DNA from: Eledone cirrhosa
Taxonomy: Eukaryota
Assembly: GCA_964016885.1 (NCBI GenBank)
Contig: OZ024747.1
Coordinates: 85,994,001 to 86,058,000 of the forward strand
Direction of reading: 5' to 3'
DNA: 64,000 nt
The notes beneath the pieces were generated by a model. The model searched no databases, had not been told where the DNA came from, and was given only the letters and a program-made list of their open reading frames with translations. How positions within the stretch are numbered: the first letter of the stretch is position 1; the number at the start of each line of letters is the position of its first letter. Shown piece after piece: positions 28,478-41,990 of the stretch. A program made the translations under genes and the position numbers.

Positions 28478-28515
28478 AATATTAACATTTCGAGCGCTAG
28501 TCCTTCATCAAAAGA
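28478..28515 (-). ncRNA. Degenerate PLE-type hammerhead remnant
   Basis: rc TTGATGA-AGGACTAGCGCTC-GAAA-TGTTAA, resembling the motif at 6393. Confidence 0.4.
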
Positions 28516-28644
28516 TAGAAGAGAGAATTCATGTGCTGTCAGTCACCGAACTTGAACACACACACGCACACACAGAGATACAGATACACACACAGATACA
28601 CATATATACACACACACACACAAAAACGCAAATAAACACACACT

Positions 28645-28692
<48 letters not shown>

Positions 28693-28809
28693 ATCACTCA
28701 ACATCTTTTAATATTAATTAAAATTACATTTTGTGATCTTGCAATGGTTTCATTTATCAATAATCTAATATTAAATACAAAGTTATTTTGTCACCAGCGA
28801 AAAATAATA

Positions 28810-28988
28810 ATTGTTTCTACATTGGCACAAGGCCAGCAATTATCCCAGTGCATTACTGCTACTTTATTTTATCGACACCGTAAGGATGAAAGGCAAAGTT
28901 AACCTCGGCGGGATTTGAACTCAGATCATAAAGGGCCGTAACTCTATGCTGCAAAGCATGGCGTCCGACCCTCTACCGATACTGCCAA
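28810..28988 (-). mobile_element. tRNA-derived SINE S1
   Basis: Same sequence as 1405 and 13196 copies. Confidence 0.85.
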
Positions 28989-29042
28989 TGATGTGCACAC
29001 AAACACATATTATTTATATATATATATATATATGTGTGTGTG

Positions 29043-29087
<45 letters not shown>

Positions 29088-29130
29088 CATATATATATAT
29101 AACTATATATATATATGTATTATATATATG

Positions 29131-29174
<44 letters not shown>

Positions 29175-29199
29175 CATATATGTATATATACACACACAC

Positions 29200-29246
<47 letters not shown>

Positions 29247-29592
29247 CACGAAACCTCACACATATAAATACACATACATACAAACATACAAAGCGAACAA
29301 TCACACACAAACCCTCACATATATAAACACACAAATATGTGTCTGTGTTAGTGTGCGAAATGACATTATTAGGTTTGTCTGTCATGGTGGTTAAGATGAA
29401 ATACAACCAGTGTTTCTAATGAAAAATTAGACAAATCTTTCAACGCTATGAATGAACACTGGTGGTTGATTTATTGGGACTTTTAATTACAAACGGTAGT
29501 TAGGTTCTACTCCTGTAGACAGCCACATACAGCAAGGCGCCAGTCAAGGTTTATTCTTAGGTCTACTTTTATTTATTATATATATATGTACT

Positions 29593-29625
<33 letters not shown>

Positions 29626-29627
29626 GC

Positions 29628-29664
<37 letters not shown>

Positions 29665-29671
29665 TCGCATG

Positions 29672-29722
<51 letters not shown>

Positions 29723-31306
29723 CCTGGCTATTTAAGTGTGAACCATTATAAAAATTCATATCCTTTTTATATCTGAACCCAACCCAACGAAATCTTTACA
29801 CAATAAAATTATTCCTGTAAATAAGTTATTCATTAAATGTTATTGCATGTTTCGTCAATTCAGATCAACAAACAGATTTTGCTATTTCTGCTATTTCCAT
29901 GAGTGAATAATCCATTGTAGGTAATTGGATGGGTGGGAAGGGTTTCTACAAATAAAAAAGTAATGTTATTGAAAAATAAACATTATCCCCTCTTTAGATG
30001 TATAGGTTTATTGAGTAAAATATCGTTGGCTTTGATCATTGAATAAAAATGATATAAACTTTTATGATTCACATTTAAATGGCCAACACTGTATATTTAT
30101 ATTTATATAGAAATGTTCCGCCACCTTGCCATGCAAGAAATTTTGTGTAATATATAACAATTATCATCTTTTAGTGACGTTAATTATATAACCCTAAATT
30201 ATTAATTAAAACTACTTGTAATGTAGGTTTCATTTATCTGTCAAGAAACACCAGCAAATACACTGAATTAGTAACATTCAAAATGACTGCCATCGAACTA
30301 CAAATGTAGAAGATGCATAAAGCCACCGCTTCCTCGCATTGTAACACCGTTACTCACTTACAAGGCACACGTTGGATTGGTGTATTTGTATGGTTTAGTC
30401 GGAAGAAAATGAATTGCCATTAAGCTGCTCTTATGGGTCCACAACATTACTGGGAAGGAGAAAATATCTTTAAACTATGGATCTGACCCAAATGCTTGCA
30501 GCAGGGTCGACTCCACTAGAGGCACCTAAAGGCCATGGGTGGCATTAAACCGGGTGAACGATTACGTCTACCATGAAAGTAAGCCACAAAGAGATTAGAG
30601 CTCGGAGCACTAAGGATGGAACAAAAGACTGTTAACCGAACCTCGAATGTCTAAGATGCATAAAAGCCTCTACTTTCTCACCTTCTAACATCGGCATTCA
30701 CAAGACTCCACAGCTAATAATAGCAACAACAACAACACTACCGTCACCACCGACAACAACACAGCAGCACCACCATCAACCAGAATGACCACAACACCAT
30801 GGTCACCACATACGACGATACCCACAACACCGAAAATAGTAACACAACCACCAACAACAGCAATAACCATAAATACCAACACAACGACCATTATTAATAC
30901 CAGCAAAACTAACATCGACCATCAATAGTAACACTTACAATAAAAACAGCAACAACAGTATCATTGCCACCACCATTACCAAACTTAATATAAACCATCT
31001 ACACCACCACCACCACCACCACCGCCACCGCCACCGCCACCATTAACATCACCACCAACAACAACATTTCGGAGATAGCAATAGTGTTTGGTGAAGTCTA
31101 CAATTTCAATGGAGTGCATTGGAAGAAGGACTTGCTAAACTTTTACTAAACAATGCACAAATATATATAATGTGTGTTCGAGTGCAGAAGGACTATAACA
31201 ATTGGAGAGGAAGGAGAGGAGTAGAAAGCTAAAGAAGTGAAACAAATGGAAGGTGAATTGTTATAGAAAGTCAAAAGATATAGTGATTGTTTCAATAAAT
31301 GAAGAC

Positions 31307-31337
<31 letters not shown>

Positions 31338-31455
31338 TACATATATACATATATATATATATATATTATATATATATTCCTTTAAGCGTGAAACTAATAC
31401 GACTTTATGTTAATGTATCCTCATGTTTGTTTCTTGCTTCCTTGAAGTATTTCTG

Positions 31456-32284
<829 letters not shown>

Positions 32285-32595
32285 CTTCTTCTCTTCCTCT
32301 TCTTCTTGGTGAGTATATAGCTGTTTTGTGAAAAATCTTAATGTAATTGGTGGGTGGAAGGAATATACACAATTATATACCTACACACAAACACATCTAC
32401 ACATACATAGATACACCTAAAACTACATAAACAGATGCTATATGTAAATAAATATATACATATACACACAAGCACAACTATACTTATAAAGCGCATACGT
32501 AAAACAATATTTAAAAGGGTAAAATTATAAAAGTTTTTAAAGATGTATATATACACACACGCATACGAGATATATGAACGCATATGTACACTTAA

Positions 32596-32811
32596 CGGTT
32601 TAGCATTTACATTACTCTATATATACTATTGTATTTTTGCGGTAAAGGCTTTATCTCACATAATTACCCCAGATAATATCGAATCTATGAGATTTTGATG
32701 TTATTTATTTTGAGAACAATACCTTAACTTCAATATGATCGGCTATTACAGCCGGTTTGAACAGAAAGAGGTGACAGAATTCTGGCCGGATACCCTTTAA
32801 ATGCTAAAGGG
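32596..32811. mobile_element. piggyBac-like MITE
   Basis: TTAA at both flanks (32592, 32812); imperfect TIR CGGTTTAGCATTT / AAATGCTAAAGGG. Confidence 0.6.
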
Positions 32812-33842
32812 TTAAACATATAAAAAGAGGAATATCACCATGTCTCACTGGTGATAAAGGCAAGGAATTGGCCAGGATCAATTGTACCACGCATATACAT
32901 ACACACAAGAGCCTTGTTTCAGAGGGGTACCAGGGGACAAGTAACCACTTTTTCAAACGTTTATGTCTTATTTTTTGCTTATTTGATATAATAAACTCTT
33001 TTTAAGCTTATTTTTTTTATATCTGAACTTCATTGAATATATCAAATTTATTTAGTGTAAAATGTTACTTATGTGATAGGGTCCGGGAAAGGCACCTTAA
33101 GCAATACTAACATGCTCCTTTAAGAATCAACAAATGTTGGTTTGTCCCACTCACATTTTTAAGGCAAACGAGGCCCCTGCATATACAATTACATACATAT
33201 TTGATATATATTTATACCTGTTGGTAATTACACACAAACGTATTATTTGCCAACGTGAAAACACACAAACACGCATTGTACATCGGTCTATATAAGATAA
33301 TCTATGTATATAAATACATAACTATATCATTAATTATTTTATAATCGGGCCATGAATTATATGTTTACACACATATACATACATATGGCTATGAGAATAT
33401 CCACATACAAGCATGTATATACCACATATACTGTTGTGTCAGCCAAAACTTAGGAATGCGTGTATATCAGTGTGTGTGTGTGTGTGTGTGCGTGCGTGCA
33501 TGTGTCTCTGTATCTGTCACTAACAACAATAACAACAACATCATCACAACAATAATAATCACAACAACAACATCAATAACAACAATGTACATATAGATCT
33601 CCAAGATTTTCCACTTGAACACCTGTGTACATACATATATATATATACAGTACATATATATATATATTGATGAGCATATTTAAATCATTTTTTAATTTAT
33701 TTAAAGGATTGTTTAATGTTTGTTTGTTCTGCTCATCAATTTTTATAGTTCTGGTATCTCGAATTAGTACCATAGAACAATTATATTATAGACACCCTAT
33801 ATATCTCTATGGGTACTTAGTACTCACTGAGATATTTACCTC

Positions 33843-33876
<34 letters not shown>

Positions 33877-33881
<5 letters not shown>

Positions 33882-34069
33882 AACGAGTAGGACCCCGATG
33901 GCTGAGCTCAAGCCGTTTCGACGGCTAATTCTGGACTAGAATTAGCCGTCGAAACGGCTTGAGCTCAGCCGTCGGGGTCCTACTCGTTCCTATTACCCAC
34001 TCTACTACCCTAAGTATTGAGTACTTTGGTGCGTTATGGTCCACCTGGTTCCTTACCACATTTCTTCCG

Positions 34070-34071
<2 letters not shown>
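33877..34071 (+). mobile_element. Fold-back mini-element, family E, copy 2
   Basis: Palindrome 33877-33993 (centre 33935); same tail as 26545. Confidence 0.8.
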
Positions 34072-34134
<63 letters not shown>

Positions 34135-34136
34135 AA

Positions 34137-34432
34137 GAGATGAAATCGAAAATGCAACTGGAGTCTTATTTAAAAAAAATATATATATATATTTATTTGG
34201 TGAGTTGAGATGGAGGGTCTGTGGTTTTTCTCAAAAACCACAGACCCTCCATCTCAACTCACCTTTTGAAAAGCAGAAGAACTGCGAAACCGGTAAAGGA
34301 ACCAAATAAATATATATATATATTTTTTTTAAATAAGACTCCAGTTGCATTTTCGATTTCATCTCATTTTCTTTATACTTTCACTCGTGTAGGACACCTC
34401 GATTATTTTTCATTTTGTAAAAAAAACCTCAC

Positions 34433-34439
<7 letters not shown>
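34137..34439 (+). mobile_element. Nested fold-back mini-element, family F
   Basis: Outer arms ~34137-34201 / 34301-34365; inner hairpin ~34199-34263. Confidence 0.75.
34262..34299 (+). ncRNA. Minimal hammerhead with U3-A8 core variant
   Basis: CCTT-TTGAAAA-GCAG aagaa CTGC-GAAA-CCGG-TA-AAGG. Confidence 0.7.
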
Positions 34440-34510
<71 letters not shown>

Positions 34511-35199
34511 CAAACATGTAAATAAATAAATACACGTATACACGCAGGCATACATACAGATGTGAATATGGATATACAATTTCCAGTTCATACATACGTA
34601 TATACGAGAGGCAGGTGGGTGTATGGGTACTGTGGTGAGGGTAGGGAGAAGCTAGGGTGGTGGGGGCGGAGAATTTAAGACTTGAATAATTAAAGGAGTA
34701 AAACCAATGATGGATGAGAGGATGGAGGCGGGGTGGTAAGTAGATGTGTAAAATATGGAAATATAACTACGATGGAAGTTAAGAATATTATAGTAATGGT
34801 ATGAGTGTGTGTATGTGTGGTAATGGTATGAGTGTGTGTATGTGTGGTAATAGTATGAGTGTGTGTACGTGTGTATAGTAATGGTATGAGTGTGTGTACG
34901 TGTGTATAGTAATGGTATGAGTGTGTGTACGTGTGTGTGCGTGTGTATGCGTGTGAAGGATGGGATTATAAGAATGTAAGGATTAAAGAGTATGTTGTAT
35001 GACATATAAGAGTTGATTTTGATGTTGGGTACCCACAGTTAGTGAAGCTTAGGGGTTAACAGTGGTTGCCGTCATGTCGAGTCTAGACGGGGGTGGATTG
35101 GGATGCGGTCTTCTGACATTTACACAATCCGGTACACATTAACATCTGATGGATAATCCGAGGGATAGTGGGTTATCCGGTGTACTATGCAGTGAATAG

Positions 35200-36000
35200 A
35201 TATGTTTGAAGCAACACAAAGGGAACTTTTTGGGTGTAAACGTGAGGACAGTGTTTTCTCCTGAGAGATCAAGATATTGGTTGATGAGGCTAGGATGTTT
35301 AGTTTTTCAGTAGTACATAAGTGACATCTCATACCTCGTCCGTATAGTCTTTCGCTTTTGCCACAATACTACATTTAATTGTGGGGTTTGTTATTCCGCT
35401 GTCTTTCAATTACCAAATATATTTTGACAGAGATGTTGAATTCTGGAATCGTCTGTTATTGAACGTATAAGGTGTTGAGAAAAGCAGGATTTAAATGTAT
35501 TTCCGGTCAGTCCAATGTAGATTTCCCTTTGTACTTCTGCTTTGAATACGGGCTCCCTGGACAGGCATTCAGTTTGATTTCTACAATTACATTCCTGGGA
35601 TGTCCTAGACGTATTGTTAGTTTGCGTGGTATGATTATTCAAGATTTGTGACCCTATATTATTGAGGCAGCTGTAACTCACCTTAATTGTATTCTTATTG
35701 AAGATGTGCGATGAGGAAATGTTTTCCTATCAGGGAAAGGAAATGTCCGGCTATGTTGGTAGATATATTGCGACAGTAGGTGTGTGTGTGTGTGTGTGTG
35801 TAGGGGGGGGGGGGGGGTTATACCAAATGATTTTCCTCGCTCTGTGTGTTCTGTTGGTACGGGTGGGTTGGCTATAAGTTAACCTCTCACTAAAACCACT
35901 TTACTAAAACCAATTTTCTTTAATGCATGGTTGTAGTAAATGGTAGCCGCGTTGAATATCTGTTTATTGAAAGATAGGCACGATATCCGCTCACGTTCTT
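35200..36000 (-). mobile_element. Penelope-like (Naiad-type) ORF remnant: thumb region plus GIY-YIG endonuclease
   Basis: RISCLSFNKQIFNAATIYYNHALKKIGF; SYSCLNNIGSQILNNH; CNCRNQTEC..PVFKA..IYIGLTGNTFK; RCHLCTTEK; frameshifted. Confidence 0.85.
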
Positions 36001-36139
36001 TACTATCTGGTGCGTAATGTTGATATAGCTGCAGTCTCCGTTTAGTTTGTGATACGGTCGATGTAGGCCCGTGTTTAGAACCACATACGGATATTTTCTT
36101 CCTCTTTGTTTTCCTTCCCTCCCTCCTCCGTTTTCCCAA

Positions 36140-36330
36140 TAACTTATCCAGTTATTGACGCACTGGGGCGAGATATCTTGTCTCTAAAGTGTAGAAATAT
36201 CCGAGACCCCCAGTAGACAACTGATGAGGAAAACGCCCCCCCCCCCCCCTTCTTGCTTTCTTCTTATTCCCACTCCATTTTAAGTTACCTTAAATAGCAA
36301 CTACACAGCCATTTCTCCATATATTTTATT
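36140..36330 (+). repeat. Dispersed pLTR-like repeat (second copy 47510-47628)
   Basis: GTAGAAATATCCGAGA.CCCCAGTAGACAACTGATGA...TTTTAAGT...AGCAACTACACAGCCA shared by both loci. Confidence 0.6.
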
Positions 36331-36350
36331 ATATATATATATATATATAT

Positions 36351-36911
36351 TCAGGTTTGAGGTTCACCACTGTATAGAGCTGGTCTATTCCGTATGGTCA
36401 ATCGTAATGCAATAATATAGAGAGTACTCAACGTAAAGCAGTTCAACCGTCTTTGTTTTTGTAGTTGGTGGTGCTATTACGGAGTTAAATATTATAATGA
36501 AATGACAGGAGGCTGGATTTGTGTAAATCCTTGAAAGGTTTATTATACTATGATCATTTCAATGACCGGGTTCCGTATGAATCCGGTGATATCATCAGGT
36601 ATTCGAAATATAATACGTGAATGTAATAGGTAAAATCCATGGGGCTGAAAATCGAGACCCGAGGGCGACCGCTATTCTGTTCCTTCAACCTCAGCCGGTC
36701 GCCCAGGGCGACCGGCTGAGGTTGAAGGAACAGAATAGCGGTCGCCCTCGGGTCTCGATTTTCAGCCCCATGGATTTTACCTATTACATTCACGTATTAT
36801 ATTTCGAATACCTGATGATATCACCGGATTCATACGGAACCCGGTCATTGAAATGATCATAGTATAATAAACCTTTCAAGGATTTACACAAATCCAGCCT
36901 CCTGTCATTTC

Positions 36912-36921
<10 letters not shown>
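36351..36921 (-). mobile_element. Fold-back mini-element, family G: 433-bp perfect palindrome plus tail
   Basis: 36489-36921 mirror-symmetric about 36705 (mirror ORFs in the track confirm this); tail 36351-36488 has rc TTGAGTACTCT; TA tracts on both sides. Confidence 0.85.
36808..36865 (+). ncRNA. Type I hammerhead motif (mirror copy on - strand at 36545-36602)
   Basis: ATAC-CTGATGA-tatcACCGGaTTC atacg GAAcCCGGTcatt-GAAA-TGATCA-TA-GTAT; palindromic ATGATCAT. Confidence 0.75.
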
Positions 36922-36984
<63 letters not shown>

Positions 36985-37328
36985 TGTGTGTGTGGGTGTG
37001 AGTGTAAATGTTTCTGTGTGTGTATGTACGTATATATATATACGTTTGATATTGACGGTCGTGAGAAATTGATAATTTTATTAAAATAGAGTCAGTGTCC
37101 TATTGATCTGTAGTTTTACCTGTATATTCACAGGGTCATCTGGCAGCCTTGTCTGATGACGCTGTGAAAACGCAGGTAAACTCCATGCCCCTTACGCAAA
37201 ACTACAAAACTGACTGTACAGGTAATTCAAAAGGCCTGTCTTGTTGTTGAGTGGGTCATGCTGAATTTCCCCGTGAATTATGTGACACATTATAATTAAT
37301 TCAGAACATAAGCTGGCGACATCTGCCT

Positions 37329-37712
37329 TTGAGAGAGATATATGCCGGCCTCCCACGCATATCTGTTGTTGTACGTAAAAGGAGAGTAAGAATTGCTGGC
37401 CACTGCCATCGTGCCACCTATAACGCTGTGACCCTATTAGTGCTTTGGAAACCACAAGCAGTCACTAATAACAGGGGGTACAAGCTCTGCTATCCCGATA
37501 TGCTGGCCACTGCCATCGTGCCACCTATGAGGCTGTGTCAGCATTAGTGCTTTGGAAACTACAAGCAGTCACTAATAACAGGGGGCGCAAGCGCTCCTAC
37601 CCCGATGTCATCTCCAGAGATTCTGGTATTGAAATCCAGGACTTGAGAACGACAGACCCACGTGGAGATCAATTGTTGAGTCCATTTCGACGAAGGCCGC
37701 CGAATGATAACA
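37329..37712 (+). mobile_element. RTE-clade LINE 3' fragment (second family) with internal ~107-bp tandem duplication
   Basis: EIYAGLPRISVVVRKRRVRIAGHCHR...LVLWKP; TGCTGGCCACTGCCATCGTGCCACCTAT occurs twice. Confidence 0.75.
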
Positions 37713-38093
37713 TTATAATACAAGATGAACAATTCCTGAATTCAAAGTATCCGCTTTGTCACAAGCTGTATCACTCAGACTCTTCCTGAGAATTAATTTA
37801 AGGGTAGACATGATTGTGAAAAACTCAGGCATTTCTCTAAGAACTAGGTTAATGGTACACGTGTCTGTGGAATGCTCAACCATATGTAAGTTAATTTCAT
37901 GAGAAGACTGGAACACTATATGTATATAGACAGTGTGTGTGTGGGGGGGTGGGGGATATATGTCAAGGTCTAAGGGATGGAGGGGGAGGGAGAGAGGGGG
38001 GGAAGAAATGTACATGCGTGTATGTGTGTGTGTGTGTAAGCACACTTGTGTGTGTGTTTATATAAGCTAATTTCAAAGGCTAACAGGTGAAAG

Positions 38094-38132
<39 letters not shown>

Positions 38133-38510
38133 TTATATATATATATATATATATATATGTAACACACATACACACACACACACACACATATATGTAAGTA
38201 TGTGTGTATGCATATATATGTGTGTATGCGTGTGTTTATGTATAATATAATATAATATGTATATATATAATACACACTGTGTGTGTGAGTGTGCGTATGT
38301 GTGTGCATGTGTGTGAGTGAGTGTGCATGTGTGTGTGCATGTCTGTGAGTGAGTGTGCGTGTGTATAGCGTGTGATAGTGAATATAGATTATTTGATTGG
38401 ATGGTTTGGTTTATGTGTTTTTGTTCAGTTGTTGGCGGATTAAAGTGATCGCCTTACGTACTGGCCGGTATTATCATAGCTAGCATGATAATGAAAGGAA
38501 GGGAGGGGAC

Positions 38511-38582
<72 letters not shown>

Positions 38583-39089
38583 GGTGAAAGAGAAAGGGAG
38601 AGAAAGGGAGAGAGAGAGCAGATGGCCGAATTATGCAGAGCGTTTGTTCACGTCACAGTTTGGCGAGATTATCGTCGGTGTTCATGTCAAAACGTTGGAT
38701 TAAGTTTAAAGTTGATGGGTTCATTTCACTTTACGGATTAGAAAAATTTTAATTGAAGACCATGACGGAGTTGGGGTATTAAAAGGGTGGCTGACAGGCC
38801 GTAAATGACAGCTCATCCGATAGTAGTGGTGGTGGTTGTGGTAGTAGAGACTATATCAGAGAGGTTAGTGGATAACATTGCTGTCTACACAGTTACACCA
38901 AAAATGGATTTCACAGCTATAAGAGAAGGTAACACTCGGGGTGGATTAAGCTATTAAGCTTGCACGGGGCTCCTTGCTGAATATTTCACTGGAGCACTTC
39001 TGCATTATTTATGGGAGCAACAAACATTAATTTGGGGCCCTTCATTGAGGGTCCTGCGTTACAGCCCTAGTAACCCTCGATGACATGAA

Positions 39090-39490
39090 TGATTCTTATT
39101 CTTATTTGCCCACTTTATAATGGGAGTTTCGTGGGAGCAGAGTCCTCAAACACTCCTTCCAGTTGGTCCTGTCAGAAGCAACCATCTCCAACTGATCCGG
39201 CTAGATCCCCAAGCGAGACTAACCAAGCACATGGATGTTATCCAACCATCTTACTCGGGGTCTACCCCTAGGTCTCCAGCCGATTGGTTTTATCAGTAAA
39301 ATCTGTCCAGTGATTCTTTCCTGAGACATTCTAACCACATACCCATAGTATTGGAGCTGTGATCTCTCAATTCGGAGAAGTAGTGGCTCTACCTGAAGCG
39401 GATCTCTGATCTCCGAATTATGATTGACATATATAAACAGGAGGAGTACTGTATAGTGGACGAGTGCCTCGTTTTCTAAATATACTGTTC
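39090..39490 (-). mobile_element. RTE-clade LINE 3' fragment (third family)
   Basis: rc VEPLLLRIERSQLQYYGYVVRMSQER...RPRGRPRVRWLDN...DRTNWK. Confidence 0.8.
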
Positions 39491-39623
39491 GAAGTTCCTT
39501 GTGTATAGTTGACTTAGAGAGGTTAGCGGATGGTATTTCCTATAGATGGTTACAGTGCTGGTGTGGTATTTTGCCAAAATAAATTTAACCCTCGCAAATA
39601 GTGCAGTCTACCATGTTGTATTC

Positions 39624-39780
39624 GGTAGCGAATTGGTAGAATCGTTAGAACGTCGGATAGAATGTTTTATGGTATTCATTCCGGCCCTCTACTCTCTGAT
39701 TTCAAATCCCGCAGAGGTCAAATTTGCCTTTCATCCTTTCGAGGTCGATAAAAAAATACCAGTCTAGTACTGGGGTAGAT
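39624..39780 (+). mobile_element. tRNA-derived SINE S1
   Basis: TGGTAGAATCGTTAG...ATTTCAAATCCCGCAGAGGTC...GCCTTTCATCCTTTCGAGGTCGATAAA. Confidence 0.8.
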
Positions 39781-40254
39781 TCTACCTCTATATCTCTTTT
39801 TTATTTCCTCTCTCTCACTTTCTATCATTCTCTGGAAGAAATCTGCTGTACTCAGACCTGGAGAGGGATGGGCCCCGCCAGGTTTAAAATGCCCAAGAAA
39901 CTCCGTATGTCAATACGGCGCCCCTACGACTCTATCAAGAGTTACGGGACCATATCATGCTCTAGGAAAAGATAGCATCCGGTGTAAAGGATTGGTAAAT
40001 ATAAACAACAGGAGCACTGTAAGACTGATGCGTGTGGTTATCGTAATGTGCTGAATTCGAGGCTCTTGTACTTATCATTTCTAGAGAGGTTTGATGGTCC
40101 TTCAATTTTTACAACTTTACATGATGTTTGACAGGTTAGTTCCTCGTATGTCTCCCCCTTTACCTCGTTACAAGGCTAGAGTACCACTTGTTAAATATGA
40201 ACCTCATTCACATATCTCAGTCTACATGGCCGCAACAAGGTAATACACGATGTC

Positions 40255-40303
<49 letters not shown>

Positions 40304-40309
<6 letters not shown>

Positions 40310-40542
40310 GAAAGTAAACAGCACAAAATATAACTACTCCATTACCAAAGGTTTCTGGATCTCAGACAATATTAATATACGTCTGGATCGGTCATCAGAC
40401 AGAGATGTCTGATGACCGATCTGGGATCCAGAAACCGTTGGTAATGGAGTAATTATATTTTGTGTTGTTCACTTTCTAATTAAATAGCTCTGTTCTATAC
40501 ATAGAGCACTCTTTTTTCCTTTGCTTTTCCTTCGGAATTACC

Positions 40543-40545
<3 letters not shown>
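40304..40545 (+). mobile_element. Fold-back mini-element, family H, with hammerhead motifs on both strands
   Basis: Imperfect palindrome 40304-40482. Minus 40337-40404: CTCTGT-CTGATGA-...-GAAA-CC ttt GG-TA-ATGGAG. Plus 40405-40449: CTGATGA-ccGATC tgg GATCca-GAAA-CC gtt GG-TA. Confidence 0.75.
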
Positions 40546-40633
<88 letters not shown>

Positions 40634-40867
40634 GTTAGGCGTGGGAATGGGTGTGTTTATCATCATTACCACTTTGGCAATGAACGCCACCTGTTATCAA
40701 AGCCAACGCCATCATCATCATCATCATCAGCAAACCTACGAACACATATTCTGACAAGCGCTATCTCTCCTTCTCGCTCTCCTTCTTTCTCACTACCTCA
40801 GCCGCTCAATGTTTCAGAATAATTTAACACTTAATCGCTGAGCTATGCCGTTCAGTACAAACACGTA

Positions 40868-40975
<108 letters not shown>

Positions 40976-41445
40976 TATATATATGTGTGTGTTTGTGTGT
41001 GTGTGTTTGTATATATATACACACACATATATATATATATATATACATATACAAACACATACATATATATACATATACAAACATTATATAGACACACATA
41101 CGAACACGTATACACAAACACAGGTAAATACATGCACGTACTCACACACCTGCGCACGCACACACAGGCACATTCACAGAAACACGGACACACGTCTCCC
41201 ATTATCGCTGTGTGTTTCAGTTCTCTCTATCCGTCCAGCCTCCCCTCTCAACTCTAACATTTGCACTCAGTACACCTGTGTTACAATAGAATGTTTAATT
41301 TACGGAGGACACACACACACACACTCAGACGCAGACACACGGACACACTCATATCCAGAAACACACATGTACATAGTCACACATACACACACATATTCAA
41401 GCTGTCTGATAAATTATACGTCAATATTAATTCTTGCGTGTTTTA

Positions 41446-41498
<53 letters not shown>

Positions 41499-41528
41499 AT
41501 ACATATACAAATATATATATATACATAT

Positions 41529-41616
<88 letters not shown>

Positions 41617-41649
41617 ATATGTATATATATATATATATATATTTGTATA

Positions 41650-41704
<55 letters not shown>

Positions 41705-41805
41705 ATATATACATATATATATATGTATATACAAATATATATATATATATATATACATATATATAATTGTGTGTGTGATATATATATATATATATTTGTA
41801 TATAC

Positions 41806-41839
<34 letters not shown>

Positions 41840-41884
41840 GTATACGCACACACACACATATATATATATATATATTTGTATATG

Positions 41885-41932
<48 letters not shown>

Positions 41933-41990
41933 CGTATATAAATATACACACACATATATATTTGCATACAATATATGCTATGTGTATATA

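Noticed and set aside
30293-30710. Diverged ~65-bp direct repeats suggesting an LTR element or repeated exon
   Set aside because: Low identity, stop codon in the frame tested, no LTR hallmarks
36554-36856. Pair of near-identical 79-aa ORFs on opposite strands
   Set aside because: Consequence of the palindrome
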